From: Lama guanicoe
Taxonomy: Eukaryota
Assembly (NCBI GenBank): GCA_013239625.1
Contig: MU053629.1
Location: 3,437,567-3,501,566, forward strand
Length of the DNA: 64,000 bases
Direction: 5' to 3'
Part shown: piece by piece, positions 61,900 through 64,000 of the stretch
Layout: each line of letters opens with the position of its first letter
Position numbering within the stretch: position 1 is the stretch's first letter
Notes under the pieces: generated by a model
What the model saw: only the letters and a program-made list of their open reading frames with translations
What the model was told of the DNA's origin: nothing
Database searches by the model: none
Translations under genes and position numbers: made by a program

Positions 61900-62370
61900 C
61901 ACTCAAAAAGACCATCAGAATTCCACTCAAAAGCATTTAACTGAGCAGAGTTTACTGAAGGGGACTATTTACAGAGGCAAGGGCAGGATTAAGGGAATCA
62001 ACAAAGAACATTAAAACACTCAGAAATTTGCAATGGTAGGAGGATGTTACCAGCCAGATACTTTGTCACTTTGAAAGGGCAAAGTGAAGACTCAGGGGGC
62101 AGGGGCCAGCGAGAGCTGGAGCAGTGGAGGAGGGGACCACAGTTGCGGAGGGACACAGCGCTGCCAGCAGCCCCACCCAGGGAATGGAGTCGGGAAGAAA
62201 CCCTCCAGCCTCTCTCCCCTCCCGCCCCCTAATCCCCCACAGGACACTGCCATTGGCCAAACCCAACCAGAAGGCAGAAAGCAAAGGGGCCCATGCAAAA
62301 GCGAGCTACTCCAGGCATAGAGCAGGGCAGGGAAGGGCAGAGATGCATGTCGGGGGGCACAGGTGGCAAT
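61900..62370 (-). mobile_element. ERVL solo LTR (LTR33-like)
   Basis: aggggactatttacagaggc...ccattggccaaacccaaccagaaggcaga. Confidence 0.7.
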
Positions 62371-63494
62371 CCAAGAGACACAGAGAGGCAATCAGAGACC
62401 CAGTAGGACAGAGGACACCTATCACACACACACCACTTACACACCAAGGGCCAGAACTCTAGGCTTGACACACGACTCCAAGACCGGGGCACCCACTCAC
62501 CATCTCACAGCTGTCGTCCGCAGTCTCCTGTCCCCATCGGCACAGCCTTGGTGTGTCCAGGGGGAGCTGCCTGCTCAGGGGAAGCCAAGGTGCCCTCCCT
62601 GCCCCAGGACCCAAGGAAAGGGAGACAGTGAAGGCAGGGTTCTTCTAACAGGGTCAAATCCCCAGCCCACAGAGACCTACAGCCAGGCTGGGCCAGCCTC
62701 GCATTCTGCCAGGAGCCCAGTAATCAATCAATTACATTTCTTTGCCTCCTCTTGGCACACTGCCCCCAATAACACAGCACTTCCCCCCACCCCCGGCTGT
62801 CAGGTCTTTCCCGCTCTACCTACAAATGCAGCATCCCCATGGCAGGGCCCGTCCTCAGAGGCTCGCTGGCAGATGTACTGAAGCAGCTGCCAGATCAGAG
62901 TCCCCACTGCCAGCGACTCCCCGCCAGGGACTCCCCTCAGCCCTCAGCACTGAGGATCAGGACTCAAGAAGAGGGCTCAGGCAGGTTACCTCAAACCATG
63001 GAAGGCAGGAGGTGTCCGAAGGAAGAGAGAGCTGCAAGCTCCAGATGGCTGGAGGGAGGGCAGGCCAGGCTCTGTGAGTGGGGTGAGTCCCCTTTGCCCC
63101 TACCGGCTTCTCAGTCTTGCAGATCTGCTTGGGGTTTAAGGTGGAGCTGGAGAGCGCCAAGAAGCTGTTTGGTCATATCGGGGAAAAAGGGTAAGAAGGA
63201 AAAGTGATGGAAGGCAAAGTTTGCAAACCCTGCATAAGAGGAGTATTAGGGAGCAACAGCTAACTCGGACCTGAAATTCAAACTCAAAATTGCTCCCTCA
63301 TCCTCCCCTGCTCTCTCCAACTCCCTCCTTGTGAATAAAATAAATGAAATCAGCCAACTAGACCCTTAAGATCATAGCTCTTTAAAGCTGAATAGAATCT
63401 CAGAGATGAGAACATGTATGGACGAAGAGAATCAGAGACAGGAAGCAATATGTCCAAAGTCACACAGCACTGGGGCCAGAAGTCCTCAAGTCTC

Positions 63495-63600
63495 CAAATA
63501 CTGAGCACCTAGTATGTGCTGGGAACTCTTCTAGATGGTGGAGATACAGCAGTGAACAAAAAGGCAAAATTTCTGCCCCCATGGAGTTAACAATCTAGAG
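63495..63600 (-). mobile_element. L2 3' end
   Basis: tactgagcacctagtatgtgctggg...gatacagcagtgaacaaaa...catggagttaacaatctag. Confidence 0.85.
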
Positions 63601-63725
63601 CAATGCTGCCCAATAGAACTTTTTGCAATGATGGGAATGCTCTGCATCTTGCTGTCCAATATGGTAGCCACCAGCCACATGTGGCTTTTGAGGGCTTGAA
63701 ATGTGCCTAGTGTGACCAAAGAACT

Positions 63726-63955
63726 ACATTTCTCCTTCATATATTTTGCAGCTCTGTTGTTTGGTGCATAGTATTTAGGACTGCTATATTTTTATGGTGA
63801 ACCGATCCTTTTATCATTATGTAATATCCCTCTCCATCCCTGGTAATTTTCTTTGATCCATGGTGGACTTTGTCTGATCTTAATATAGCCACTCTTGTCT
63901 GATCTTAATATAGCCACTCTTGCTTAATGTTTGCATGCTATATCTTCTTCCATCC
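63726..63955 (-). mobile_element. Internal L1 ORF2 endonuclease fragment
   Basis: Minus strand gives GWKKI*HAN..VAILRSDK..KKITRDGEGYYIMIKGSVHHKNIAVLN/YAPNNRAAKYMKEK. Confidence 0.9.
63870..63922. repeat. Perfect 25-bp tandem duplication
   Basis: ttgtctgatcttaatatagccactc x2. Confidence 0.97.
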
Positions 63956-64000
63956 AAGAACTGAATTTTAAATCTTATTTATTTTTAATTAATTTTAATT

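Larger units (their letters stand above)
63601..64000 (+). mobile_element. MER3 element (interrupted; runs off the window end)
   Basis: caatgctgcccaatagaactttttgcaatgatgg...tagtgtgaccaaagaact | gaattttaaatcttatttatt; left target atctagag. Confidence 0.88.

Overview
This is mammalian non-coding genomic DNA, most likely camelid (alpaca/camel lineage). The lineage call rests on four tRNA-Ala-derived SINEs of the camelid vic-1 type plus cetartiodactyl-type L1 3' ends. I recognise no intact protein-coding gene, RNA gene or prokaryotic-type system. The only ORFs with recognisable homology are decayed L1 ORF1/ORF2 pieces, and I found CR1 reverse-transcriptase remnants by manual translation. The window is a mosaic of old repeats (MIR, L2, CR1/L3, hAT MERs, ERVL/MaLR LTRs, L1M), younger TSD-flanked insertions and repeat-free, homeobox-motif-dense islands that look like developmental enhancers. 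L1 and LTR copies are biased to the + strand, which fits (but does not prove) a long intron of a minus-strand gene. The best leads are: a TATA/BREu/GC-box core promoter at ~24.25 kb; a cleanly bounded 40-nt candidate exon at 29710-29749; a phased octamer triplet at ~46.9 kb; and an orphan L1 endonuclease fragment inserted in a MER3, covering a part of ORF2 that is missing from the neighbouring L1. Repeat names and boundaries are by-eye calls from remembered consensus sequences, not RepeatMasker output, and conservation could not be tested. I found no convincing previously undescribed system.
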